Shown here piece after piece: positions 13,311 to 24,933 of a stretch of DNA of 64,000 bases (positions are counted from its first letter, which is position 1; each line of letters begins with the position of its first letter). Source of the DNA: Felis catus (Eukaryota); NCBI RefSeq assembly GCF_018350175.1, contig NC_058368.1, forward strand, positions 167,340,001 to 167,404,000. The letters run 5' to 3'. The translations under genes and the position numbers were made by a program. The notes under the pieces were generated by a model. It was not told where the DNA came from and did no database searches. It saw nothing but the letters and a program-made list of their open reading frames with translations.

Positions 13311-13497
13311 ATAAATTAATTAATTATTTATGAGAGAGGACACACAAGTGGGGGAGGGGAAGAGAGAAAGGGGAACAGAGGATCCAAAGCAGGCTCTGCT
13401 CTGACAGCAGAGAGCCTGATGTGGGGGTTCAGGAACTGTGAGATCGTGACCAGAGCCAAAGGCAGCTGCTTAACCGACTAAGCCACACAGGCTCCCC
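13311..13497 (-). mobile_element. Can-SINE (older, diverged) inserted in an L2/MIR tail
   Basis: gatccaaagcaggctctgctctgacagcagagagcc...taaccgactaagccacacaggctcccc; TSD ctccataaa on both sides. Confidence 0.9.
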
Positions 13498-13755
13498 ATG
13501 CTCCATAAACTATAGCCGAAAGAATAAGTGAAGCTTTATATTCTTCTTTCCTGAGGCTGTGGGTGAAGTGAAGTAATGGAATCTGCATGTGATTTGGTAT
13601 CATTTACTTGCCAAAGGCAGGGAGTTCCAAAGTTACATAATCCGTTTTAAGACTTGGTCTATCTTACTTTACCTCTGTTGTTTCTAGATTTCTTTTCTTG
13701 ATCTTTAGGAATCTAGCCTTTGTGGTAGAGTCAGCAAGTCAGTATTCCGTGAGGC

Positions 13756-14102
13756 TGTCTTAGCTTGAGCTGCTATCACATAGATCACAGACTGGATGGC
13801 TTAAACAATAGAAATTGCTTTCTCACAGCTTAATTGCAGGCTTCCGAGCCTCCAGGTGCCAGAATGGCCAGGTTCTGGTGAGAGTTTCCTTCCTGGTTTA
13901 CAGAGAGCCATTCTCCTCATTCTCTTGCCGTGTCCGAGCAGAGAGTGGGTGTCTCTGGTGTCTCTTGTCTCCTGTCACAGGCTCCATCCTTATGACCTAA
14001 CGACGTAGGGTCACCCAAAGGCCGTATCTCTAAATATCATCACATTGGGGATTAGGGTTTCAACACATGAATTTTGAAAGACACAACTATGTAGTCCCTA
14101 AT
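13756..14102 (-). mobile_element. MaLR solo LTR (MLT1A-like)
   Basis: tgtcttag..gctgctat..cacagactgg.tggcttaaacaa.agaaatt..ttctcacag ... atcacattggggattagggtttcaacacatgaatttt. Confidence 0.85.
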
Positions 14103-17065
14103 TTAGTATAACTTTCCTTTTCAGACGAGAAACTGGCTGTCATTCCCGCTATTCTCGCTAGCACCCCAGAATCATTCTCTGTAGGACACTATAGAATAAA
14201 CCCACTAGCTTCCGCAGGAAAAAGCTATTTTGAAGAATATAGGTTAGCATTCTGGTTTCTTGTGGATCTGGCACTATTTCTGAGAGGGAAGGCTAGAGAT
14301 CCCTCCTCAGAATATGCACTCTTTCTGCTACACTGTGAGCTCCTCAAGGCCATGGGCAGACATCACAGGTGTTGAGAGTAGGGATTGGGGCAGGAAGAAT
14401 ATGTCAGGTCCCTCTCAAAGGGATTATAGGCACACTGCATGATGGCTTCCGTCCCTCTATAGATTTGCCAGTAGGATTGTCTCCAAGTGACAGTTGCACC
14501 AAGATTCTGTTAAGCACAGTGGGCAGTGCAGACATGCAGCACCAAGTACAGGATTTATTATGCTTTGACAAAGGCCTTTTCATGCCTGGGAATTCCTCTG
14601 ATCACATCATTATCATTCACTTGCTCCTTCCTCTGTATCCATAAACCTGATCAGGACAGAAAATGGGCTTAGAAGCAGAGGAAATATTGTACTGATTGGA
14701 AAATGAATCTTCCCTTTTACTAAACTTCCACCAAAAAAAAAAAAAAAATGAATATCAATTCCTTCGCGGTAGGCTCTTGGTTATTTCCACATAGCTTGAA
14801 AGGAGAGCTTTCCAGTACCTGGAGGTCTTCCGAAAGACTGTATATACCTGTTGCATACAATAACTAGGTTTCCTGACAATAATTACCTTTGCTTCTTTCT
14901 CCACTACCGTGTTTGCTTCCCTGAAGCCTTCGGAAGAGTCGTGGTCAATTTCTGTGGAAACGTAGTGCTCACCCACATTTTATTCCTCCTCTCTATGGAG
15001 CTGTCAAAGCTTGGGCTAGAACAGTGTGGTATGTGAGCCTGCTGTGAACAACTTAGCAAAGGAGGTTGGTGTCCTCAACTAGACAGAGTAGATAATAAGT
15101 CTTGTGGGCAGGATCGATGATAAAAGGAGGGGGGGAAAAAGCTGAACTAAGAGATGGGGACAGCCAAACAGATTCCAGCTAAAACTGGTGCAGCCTGCTA
15201 ATGAATCCACTAGCCAGTACTGAATTCTTGATACTCTCCCCATTTCTCAAATCAAGTTAAAAAATTGATTCCGTGCCAGTTACAAGGGGCAGAGCTGTCA
15301 CTTACCAGGGAGATTAACTTGCTTTGTTGAATACTGACAGGGACTAGAGAAGGGCAGGACCCACACAGAATGCAGGGCACTCTGATTTGTGGTAACCTCG
15401 AAATCTGAAGTAGAAGTAAATTGAGAGTTTGTAATTTGCACCAGCATCCAGACTAAGGTAAACCGACAGAGGGAATTTAAGGAAGTCATACACCAACATG
15501 AATTTTTGCCCTCTCTATGGATCCTTTTCCCAGACTGGCCAGCCCTTTGAAGGTACAGATCCTTGTCCTCAGGTGTTCAGAGTCTGCACTTTCATATTTA
15601 GCTATCTATACTGATCAAGAGAGGTTGGGCCCCAAACACTGGTGAAATGATGGCTCTGCCCAGCTCTGGAACATTGTGGAACTCTTGTGGGTGGGGAAGT
15701 CAACTGAGTTGAGGAAAAGACACCAAAGATTCCGAACACCAAGTGTTGCCTCTCACTAGTGTGGGCAGTTTTTTGTTTACAAATGGGGCCCTAGGAGATT
15801 CTCTACACTCTAGTCACATCCGTGAACACCACAGGGCCTGGCTGGCCATCCCTTAGCAGGATTTCTTTAACCACCACATTTTTGCTCTGTGGCTTTAGAT
15901 GTTAAGTCAGACTGATGTTTAAATGTATCTAAAGTGACCTTCGGTGTCCTTTTAAATATCACCCTGCTTAGCATAGACAATGCCAAGTAAAAAAGTGCTG
16001 TGAATACATAAAGTTAGAAAATATGTAAGACTGTGAATGTGTGCATGTGTCACAGAGGGAAATTACTGAAAGAACTGACAATACAAATTATTCTTCTCTT
16101 AAGTTCTTCCTAATTTTTAGAGAAGTTTTAATATGCACAGAAACTGGGGCATCCTGAGAAATTAGAGAATTAAAGTTATCCTTTATAATAAAACCGTTGA
16201 CTCACAAAAATCTGGGAAGCTGCCTAGTGCCCCTCTCCCAATTACACTGCATTTGAAACTTGAAAAGGGGATAAATGCATTGTTTGTTTTTCTTTAGCTC
16301 TTAATCAAGCTCCTAGGAATGAAGAGTAACAGACTGGAGGCCTCTGTCCAAATCTCGGATCAACTTGACTTTGGTTCTTTCCCTGGGCTACCTGAGTTAA
16401 GTTGCTTTCTTCTGTTTCTTCAGGGAAGCATGATGACAATCTTCCTTTCCATTTAATTCTTCCCAAGCTTGTTGGAAAGAGCCATTAGTTTATGTTTTAT
16501 TCTTTATGCCTGTGAGATGTTGGGATGAAATACTCTCGATAAACCACAAAGCCTATTACTATTTTAAGTACCTGCATCTTCCAGGAGAAGGAACACGCTG
16601 GCTCCCTGCAGGAGAAATAAATGGAGTCAGCTTTCTGGCTGGCACACTGTCTTTAGGAAAAAATAAAAAAAGACACAGATCTTCTTGTTCTGTCTCCTGC
16701 AGAAAATGTGTCTAGATCTAGTAAAGCAAAGCACAAATTTCAGAGGTGTTACGTGTCCCACATTCTGTGCTACACAAATCGGTTTTTTGTTTGTTTATTT
16801 TTTGGTCCAAAAGAACAAGCTTTGAACACAAAAAGGAGAGGATACTAAGGTGTTGATGAAATGTGTTTTCTAAGATGGGTATAGGAAGAAACACGTTCTT
16901 TCTCATTTTAGTGTCTTGTTTCATGGCTGTGAAGGAAAGAAAGCGATTTTGGCTATCTACGTCTCGAATGTTCTGTGCAGTTTGTGGGAGCACCTGGTAC
17001 TTCTGAACAAAACAGCATGCAGAAATATTTTGTTCTGTTTTCCCATTGTAATCACTCTGAGTTTG

Positions 17066-17067
<2 letters not shown>

Positions 17068-17103
<36 letters not shown>
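17068..17103. repeat. (GT)18 microsatellite
   Basis: Direct reading. Confidence 0.98.
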
Positions 17104-17104
<1 letters not shown>

Positions 17105-18134
17105 GGTTCCTCTCTTTGTGTTCTTGTCAAGATTGACAAGCATCCATGTGTTACCCAGTGACATGGAGTTCTTGCTTGAATAATCATGACTAAAATCCAG
17201 GATATTTCAAAACACATTATTGACTCAGAGAGCCACCCACTAGATTGGATTCTTATGAATTAACTCTGACAGCATCAGTGAGGTGGTACTTAGACCCCAA
17301 ACTGTCAAGTCATCCCATGCTTCTACTATAGCTCCAATGTGGCATCCTTGCTCCAGGTGCTAGGATATGCTTTGTGTTGCTTAAAAGGTTTCTTTAATTA
17401 ATGTTGCAGAAAATCCCACATTGAGGGATTAAATTGAGTCAAAAAGTAGACCATGAGAAGAGTAACTCAAGGTTCTTTTTATTGGAACTAGGTGACACTA
17501 TCCTATTGACTTTCCCTCAGGGTGAACCCTAACTAATGCCTTTGCTGGGAGGAAGATGGCAGAACTCAGGGGACACTTGGAATGGAGCTGGGGATGGTTT
17601 TTAATGAGAAGTAATGAAATTGTGTTTCACTCTTAGCATGTACTCGGCACGTACTGAGGTTGTGGGGAGGAGAGCATGACAGTCTTTGATGGAAATTGTC
17701 TAAAGGGTCATTGCATTGGGATATGCTGTGCACGAAGCCTTCCGACCCTTGTCTTCTGCCTATTAGTAAGGGGTGGCTCCAGAAATGCTGTATGGGAAGG
17801 GCTTAGAAGCTGTTTTCCTTTGGAAAGGAGAGGAAGAGAGGGGACTTGCCTAGAAGTAGAATTTGTGCAAGCAAATTCTTTTGTTTACTGAGATGCTCTC
17901 TCTCTCTATTTTTCTTTTTTAAATGAGTGGTTTGACTAACCACCCTTCCCCCAAAGCAAAGAAGCCCATGGGTGATGCCCTTAACTGATTTCTTGGGCAA
18001 TGCAATTCCATGCCTTTTTTTAAAGCTTGTGCATTAATTTATCATCTGTATAAAAAAAAAGAAACACAATTATTGCAAAATGACTGCTCACAGGGCCCAT
18101 CAGCAGTAATAATTCCATTTTAATAGGCATATAT

Positions 18135-18252
18135 GGGGGCACCTGGCTGGTTTAGTTGGTAGAGCATGTGACTCTTGATGTTAGGGTTGTGTATTCGAGA
18201 CCACGCTGGGTGCAGAGCTCACCTAAAAAAATGAAAAGAGTAAAAAAAAAAA
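18135..18252 (+). mobile_element. Short tRNA-Lys-derived carnivore SINE lacking the (CT)n body
   Basis: ggggcacctggctggtttagttggtagagcatgtgactcttgat..agggttgtgtattcgagaccacgctgggtgcagag followed by an A tail; A- and B-box-like motifs. Confidence 0.85.
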
Positions 18253-19939
18253 GGACACAAATATGGATTTAACCACTGGTCTCAATATAGCAGAAAGTAT
18301 CAAACTAAAACTGATGGAGGATATTGACTTGATTAGTTATTTATAATCATTTCTGAAGCACTTGTTTTCCAAAGGGGAATCAAAATGGGTTTGCAAAAAT
18401 CATAATGGGTTTCACAGCATTTTTGCCAATGCTTTCTTGAAGGATGCTTCTGTTATCAACAGAATATGAGAGTAAGCTTTGCAAATAATCTCAAAGAAAA
18501 TGTTTGGCAAATAATTCGTAAGAAACCAGAACAATCTGCATAATCCATCAGAATGATCTTGAACATTTTATGACACCTAGATTGTATACATTCCCATACT
18601 GAGGTGATCCAAATCGTTATCACTGAGAAAAGAGATTCAAATACATATGTGTTTTATATTCACTAACATTTCCCCTATGATTTTTTTTTTTTAATTTGGT
18701 GTGCTAGAAGACTCAAGTTTTCTAAATACTTTGTTATCTACCAAACAAATAAAGTGTGGTTCCTGCAACACTGCTGCTCACGGTACCACCTCTGGTCCAG
18801 ACTGCTTTCCCATTAGAGTGGGTAACATTATCTGTTGGGAAGTGGCCTCTTCGTCAGGGATTCACAGTCACTTTAAAATTATATTAGCCCCCGATTTTGC
18901 ATGTTCTGCACTTTATCCCTCTTCTCTAATCTGAGTGTTCTGTAGCCTACCCCTTCGCTGAGGTCCTGGACATCTCACAATTTGGTGTAGTCTCAGGTTC
19001 AGGAGCAGCATGAGTATTAAGGCAGAATCTAAAATTGTCATCTTTTCATCACTTCCCCTACTTCTGTAGGGCACTGTGGTGATTTCCCCGAACTAACAGC
19101 TTCATAATTTCCTTCCGTGCCCGTGCCACTCAGGTGTTGTCTTGGGTTTTCTCATTCCCACGGTCGCCTTTTAGCTACTATGAAAACTTAACTCCGCGCA
19201 TTTCACCATTCTCATACAGCCCACAGTTTTTAAATCAGAGTTTTGTTTTGTAAGAAGCTCCTAACCCCGTTTTGACAATTTGTAAAGATAACTTACTTTC
19301 ACTCCAAGCTTCCTAATCTTAAAATCCCAGTCTCCTCTTATTTATGCGCAATATAAATGTTTGAACTTTAGATTTCCTCCATAAATAGTTACTGTGTTAC
19401 ACTTATACATGTCTGCCTTTTGTAAACTTGGTAAGTACAAATCGTAAACATTAACTTTATTCTGCGCAGCACTGAGCACAATGTCATGATCACTTAAATG
19501 CTTTTGATGATGAAGGTGAAGATGATAATGACCATGTAATGCTGTTCTGGTTTGAAAATATCACATAGGTAGTCCGGTACAGCTTTTTTTTTTTTTCTTT
19601 TAAATGAGTTGTTCCTCATTCTGTAAAGCTGTCATTCTTCATTAGCAAAAAAAGGTTATAGTAAGTTATAATTAGCGTTTAGTGCCCCGTCAAATAATTA
19701 AGTATAATAAAAGGCTTTCAGTGAGTTTAATGTTAACATGGTATAATTAAAGCCAAGTCTTGAAATGCATTAGTTGTCTATTATGTCAGATATTTGATGC
19801 TTTTTCCCTCTACACATGTGATTTTCAAATTGTGCTTATAGTAATGTCATCAAAGACAAAAACTCACATGACTCAGATGCAAAATGGGCTTTGCAGTGCC
19901 CAGCAAGGGCAGTATTCAGAAAATGAAATCACTTAAAGC

Positions 19940-20030
19940 ACTCTTTTATTTGCTGGTAAGGAAACTGAGTCCTAAAGATACTGTGTGACTTGCCCAAGGT
20001 CACACACTGGTAAGTTAATTCTTCCTGGAT
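19940..20030 (-). mobile_element. MIR core fragment
   Basis: aggaaactgagtcct...gtgacttgcccaaggtcacacactggtaag. Confidence 0.8.
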
Positions 20031-20481
20031 AGTGAGAATTTGACATTCAGTGTTGTACTGAAGTGATTATTATTACTGTCATTATTTCTCTGAAGTATGG
20101 GATGTTTGCTGGAAAAATGCCCATTCTGTCTCTATTTTGATGGGGTGAAAAACTACACGAGGTGAAAGAACATAATTTTTGTACTTAGCTCTTAATGTAT
20201 TTAAGTGGTTTTAGGATGCAGGGCTTTGCCATAGCACCTGTTTTAAGGCTTAGATACAGCGACAAGGCTTGAATCTCACCATTTTCTCATCAGAATAACT
20301 GGAATGTGCCCAGATAGTTGGCCATTTCTAACCCTGCATTGTTTGAGCTTCTCAGGCCTTCTCTTGTGCGTATCATATAATCTTTTCTATCCACAAAGAT
20401 TTTGAAAAATCAGCAGAGTACAAGTAGCCCCTGAAATAAAGGCGTCATTCAAGGAACAAAGTAGAAGGAGGGCTCCAATTA

Positions 20482-23400
20482 AAATGATGAAAATCTTTAA
20501 TTTTTATTTAGGTATACTTGTACGGACACGTGTATATACAAATACAGATTGTATGGGTTGGTTTGTGTGTGGGTTTTTTTTTTTTTTTTTACATTTTCTT
20601 TCATGTTTATATAATGTCAGCATTTCAAAACAGCACTCGATGAGTAAGTGCAAAGGAACTGCAAAGCAGGGCAGTACAAGCACAGGACCACACGGAGCTG
20701 GACTTCACACCCAGACGCACACACAATGAGTGGCTTCAATGGGGTGTCAAAAGTAAGCATGGAAAGCGGATTTTGACTCATGGGTAACCTCCAACATGCC
20801 AGCATCTATTAAACTGTACAGACAATGGGAGCAAGCCCATTGTAGGGAGATTTGTCTCACATCCGAGCAGCTCTTGGGCAAATGCATGGGAAAAACTCAG
20901 TGATGCCAAACCAGAGACAGACCTGCCCATTCACGGTTCTGAGGGAAAATAAAACGTGGGCGGAAGGAAAGAGACAAAAAAAAATAAACATCTAAAAGGG
21001 GGGGGGGTGGTAGGCAAACGGGGGTGTTGGTGGAGGTGGTTTTCAAAAGAAAAAAACGACTGACCACAGCTCTGAGAGCAATGAATGGAGGGGAATTTAA
21101 ACTGTTTTATTAATTTTGGAGAAACTAATGAAAATGGCTGCTGCCGTTGCTAAGGCACCAGAGAAAAACAAAGTCCCTGAAAATCCACAGGTACTGTGCG
21201 ACTCTTCCTTTCACAATGACACAGGGAAACAGCTCCCATTTAACCTTCCTAAATGGACTGGCTTGAAACCCTTCCCATGCTTGAGCCACGTGGGATTCTG
21301 GCACCTCTTCCTGGGGAGAAATGAAACGGTCTATGAAAACCACCACAAACAGAAAACCAAACCAAAATCCAGAACTGTTACTAAATTCCCTAAACCTTTT
21401 TAAACCAACATGCTGGGGGAGGAAGAACACCACAGGGCTCCAACATCAGACCTTGAAAACAGTGAGGATAAAATATTGATCAAAAAAGTCATGTTGTTCC
21501 AGGTCCCGAGATGATGGAGTCTTACGACTGGGCGGGTGATGACCACACACGAGTCCTGTATGGAGCAGTGTCTCAGCCATTTGTGACTCTTCTTAGCCAC
21601 GTATACATTGGATGTTTCAAAGCCTCAATGCATGTTTTGTATCCTGAAAGACTATTGTTCTCACTTACAAAAGACATAAGAATCAAATTAATACTTTATT
21701 ATCAAACACTATATACAACAGAGGTCGCTAAGAATACAGAATTTAAAGAACGCAGTTTTTTTTTTTTTTTTTAATGTTTTACTTTTCTTTCTTCTGCCAC
21801 CCAAGAAAGTACAGTACAAAACAATAGTCTAAACTAACACGAACTGTTACCTGGTCTATTAAAGGATACACAGTATCCACTAAACAGACAGATCCTTATT
21901 TCCCTGCTTCATGTTGCAAAGCCCTTGGCAACCAGGGGCAAAGGTCGCTGGGGTTTGACTAACTGGGGCTGAGAGGCAGCTCAGGCTGCCCTTCAGACTT
22001 CTGAGTTGTTTTTTGAATTAAAAGCTGCTACAAAATTGCATCGACATCCTCCTAAGCCCCCAGAGGGTTGTAACACTACCATAAAAGGCCACCAGCACTT
22101 TCTGGACAAGATGAAAACTGTCTGATACCAATCATTTTCTTGGAAACTCCGTGGCAAGCATTACCTACAATTACATCACTTAAAGGTAGAGAAGCACACT
22201 GTCTACTGGTGTGGATAGTCTTGCTTTTTTTTTCCTTTTTAAACTTAATTTGTAGTGGCATGATGAAGTAAAGGGGTCTAATTTCACTGTGAAAAATGAA
22301 AGACAATGGCAGAGAGGGCCATGAGTAATTATTTTATCATTTGTTAGAGACAAATGCTAGCAAAACCACAGAAGTCACCATTTCTAAAATGAAATTAGCA
22401 CTGCTAATGTAGTTATGACTAACTGGAATCATTATAGGATCATTTGATTTCCTTGTGGTTATAGAACATGCAGTATTATTTTGGTTCTGACTATTGATCC
22501 ATTTTAGAAGGTATCCGCCCCCCCCACCCCCACTCAAATCCCACTGGACCAACAAGCCGGTTAACTATTAATAAAAAGAAGTATTACTGGGTATTACTGA
22601 GAGCGCTGAGCATATACAGAGTTAAAGGAAAAAAAAGAATCCAATGCTGTGAACTTTTGTTTCAGTGAAATGGTGGCTGCCTTCTGTGACAAGACTCTGC
22701 CACTCCACAGAAGCTCCTGATGTCTGGGGGAACAGCACTGACGGTGTCTGCAAGGCCAGCAGCCTCACTGCCATGGTTCCAAGTGTGAACAGACCCGGCA
22801 GTAACATCCATTCCACATGGATCAGGTAAGCCCAGATTACATTTCAACATGTGTACAACTCTCCAGGGTGCAAGTGCCTTTACAGCTGCCTTTCATTCAC
22901 ATATTTTTCTAATTCAGAATTACTCACAATTTCGTAGCCAATTCCCATTCATAAAGTCTGTCCATACTGTGACCCCTCTCTTTTTTCATCTAGACATTTA
23001 AAAAAACCAAATACATATTTTTAAAAAGCCTTATTTCCTGGACCGCTTCCAACTTTTCACCTATGACATAATCATGGCATTTATTTTTGTTTGTTTGTTT
23101 TATTTTGAAAGGCATGGTTTCTGTTGACATGCCGGGCAGTTAGTAAAAAGGCTAGATTTCCTTTCATTGGTCTGACACTTTCCCCTGTCTAGGCTTTGGA
23201 GCTCAGTTTGTGAGCCTCACCAGTAGTAACCCCAAGCTTGTATTTCCTGGTAACCAACTGGAAATGTCCCTTGTTGGCCATGCTAAGATTCCTCAAACAG
23301 GGTCATCTTGCATTTATTCTCCTTCTGCCCCGCCCCCACAATGAAACAAGATAGCCCCCTATATTTCTAAATGTATCAAGGGATACCACTTTTTTTCTCA

Positions 23401-24811
23401 CAAGTTTAAATAGGACAAGCATATATACTCACTCTCAGCATAAAGTATATCTAAATAATGTATTTTCTATTCTAGTGGATTTTTAAAAAAATATTTTGTT
23501 AAAGTCTTTGGGACTCCATCTTGTTTATCTCCCACAGATAAACACATGTTCCCCCTACGCTTCAGGCTGTGTCAGAAAGGGAAAGAATATAAAATCAACA
23601 CTTGAAATTTTTTTATTCCAAACTTTGGAATTTTTATTCCAAATTTCCCTTTAGCCCTCCCAAGTAGTGCTGACTGACTCTCCTGGTGACAGGGGTGTGT
23701 GTCTGAGCCCCTGCAGTGGTGGAGTGTGGAGCAAAACGTGGGTACTAGGGTGGGAGTCGGGGAAAGGCCACAGCACACTGGCGCTCCAGCAAAGCCAAAT
23801 CACATCTCCTCTGGCCACTGACCTCCTTTCCTTGGTACATATTGTCCCCCAGAGGAGTATCCAAAGCTATTCCATTATACACTCATCAACCCTGGCTTGT
23901 CAGCCTTGGGGAAGGTCACTTTATTCATAAAAATGCCTCTTTGAGTTTCTTTAAAAAAAAAATTGTAGCACCATGGTGATCTGTATTCAAAGGAAAAAAA
24001 AATCTGGTGTGCATTGCCCAGTCACCAAAAAAATTAGAGGCACTCACACATACACACCCCCACCAAACCTAATTTTCTCTGTTCTCACACTTGCTCTGTG
24101 CTAGCATTCCCGCACCCGACCTGCTTTCTAGAAAAAAAGGCTTCTTTCATGGAGCACAAGTTTTGCCGTCAAGAATGCTTTAAGACAGTCATCTTAAAAC
24201 AAAACAAAACAAAAAAACCCCCAGTGTCTCAACCTTTTAGAAGCCTGTTCATTTATGTACTCCTAGAGGAAAGGGTGTAATATTATATCTATTCTTAATA
24301 CCTCCCCTCTGGACTCGACACGGTGACACGATGCCCCGCACGATCAGCTTACAGTCCTGAATGAGAAGGCATAAATATTGTATGGGAGAGCACAACCCTC
24401 CTGGGCCTTGCCGTTCCTGGCTGCATCTGCCACTATTCTTCCTTGTCCGTATACCGCTGACACAGGACGCTAACGGAGGTGGGCTCTGAGAGGAGAATGC
24501 ACAGGAGCTGACGACCACTGGTGTCACTGTGACAATTTGGCATTTTCATCTGGAGTCCATTTAACTTGGAAGGGGTGAGAGAAAGTCAAGGGCAAGGGCT
24601 AGGGGTGGGATGGGGTAGGGGAGCAGCCACTACTTTAGCCCCTCCTGGCCCCAAGTTGTTGCTTAGAATTCAGGCTGAAAGAAAGAAAACAAAAATCTGA
24701 CATCTGCCAAAAAACCAATAACAAGTCCCTTCTTAGGATGAGCAGTTAGGTGGATCTCTGGTGTTCCAAGACCCTGATGTTTTCTGTGACAGGTGACGGG
24801 AGGAGACTGTG
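20482..24811 (-). other. EFNA5: EFNA5 3'UTR (~4.3 kb; 3' end approximate)
   Basis: Continuous sequence after the stop codon with no recognisable interspersed repeats, ending at a tandem poly(A) signal. The length agrees with my recollection of the long mammalian EFNA5 UTR. The exact cleavage site is inferred. Confidence 0.75.
20496..20508 (-). terminator. Probable distal polyadenylation signal of EFNA5
   Basis: Minus strand AATAAA (20503-20508) directly followed by ATTAAA (20496-20501). UGUA motifs lie upstream (20519-20546) and a U/GU-rich stretch (UUCUACUUUGUUCCUU) downstream at ~20451-20466. Confidence 0.75.
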
Positions 24812-24933
24812 CTATAACGTCAAAAGCATCGCCAGGAGGAACAGTAGGATTGCCAAAAGGCGGCTGGGTATCCTTGGTGTTTGTGCCGCGTTCTCACCGC
24901 GGGATGGCTCGGCTGACTCATGTACGGTGTCAT
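24812..24933 (-). CDS. EFNA5: Ephrin-A5 terminal coding exon (exon 5) with GPI-anchor signal
   Basis: cag|AT GAC ACC GTA CAT GAG ... TTG ACG TTA TAG = (D)DTVHESAEPSRGENAAQTPRIPSRLLAILLFLLAMLLTL*. Hydrophobic C-terminal GPI signal; likely omega Asn codon at 24890-24892; stop TAG at 24812-24814. Confidence 0.98.

Noticed and set aside
16718..17217. ORFs containing THTHTH or CVCVCV runs
   Set aside because: Produced by the (GT)n microsatellite.
18135..18215. tRNA-like sequence
   Set aside because: Diverged SINE head with an A tail; stems are disrupted, so not a functional tRNA.
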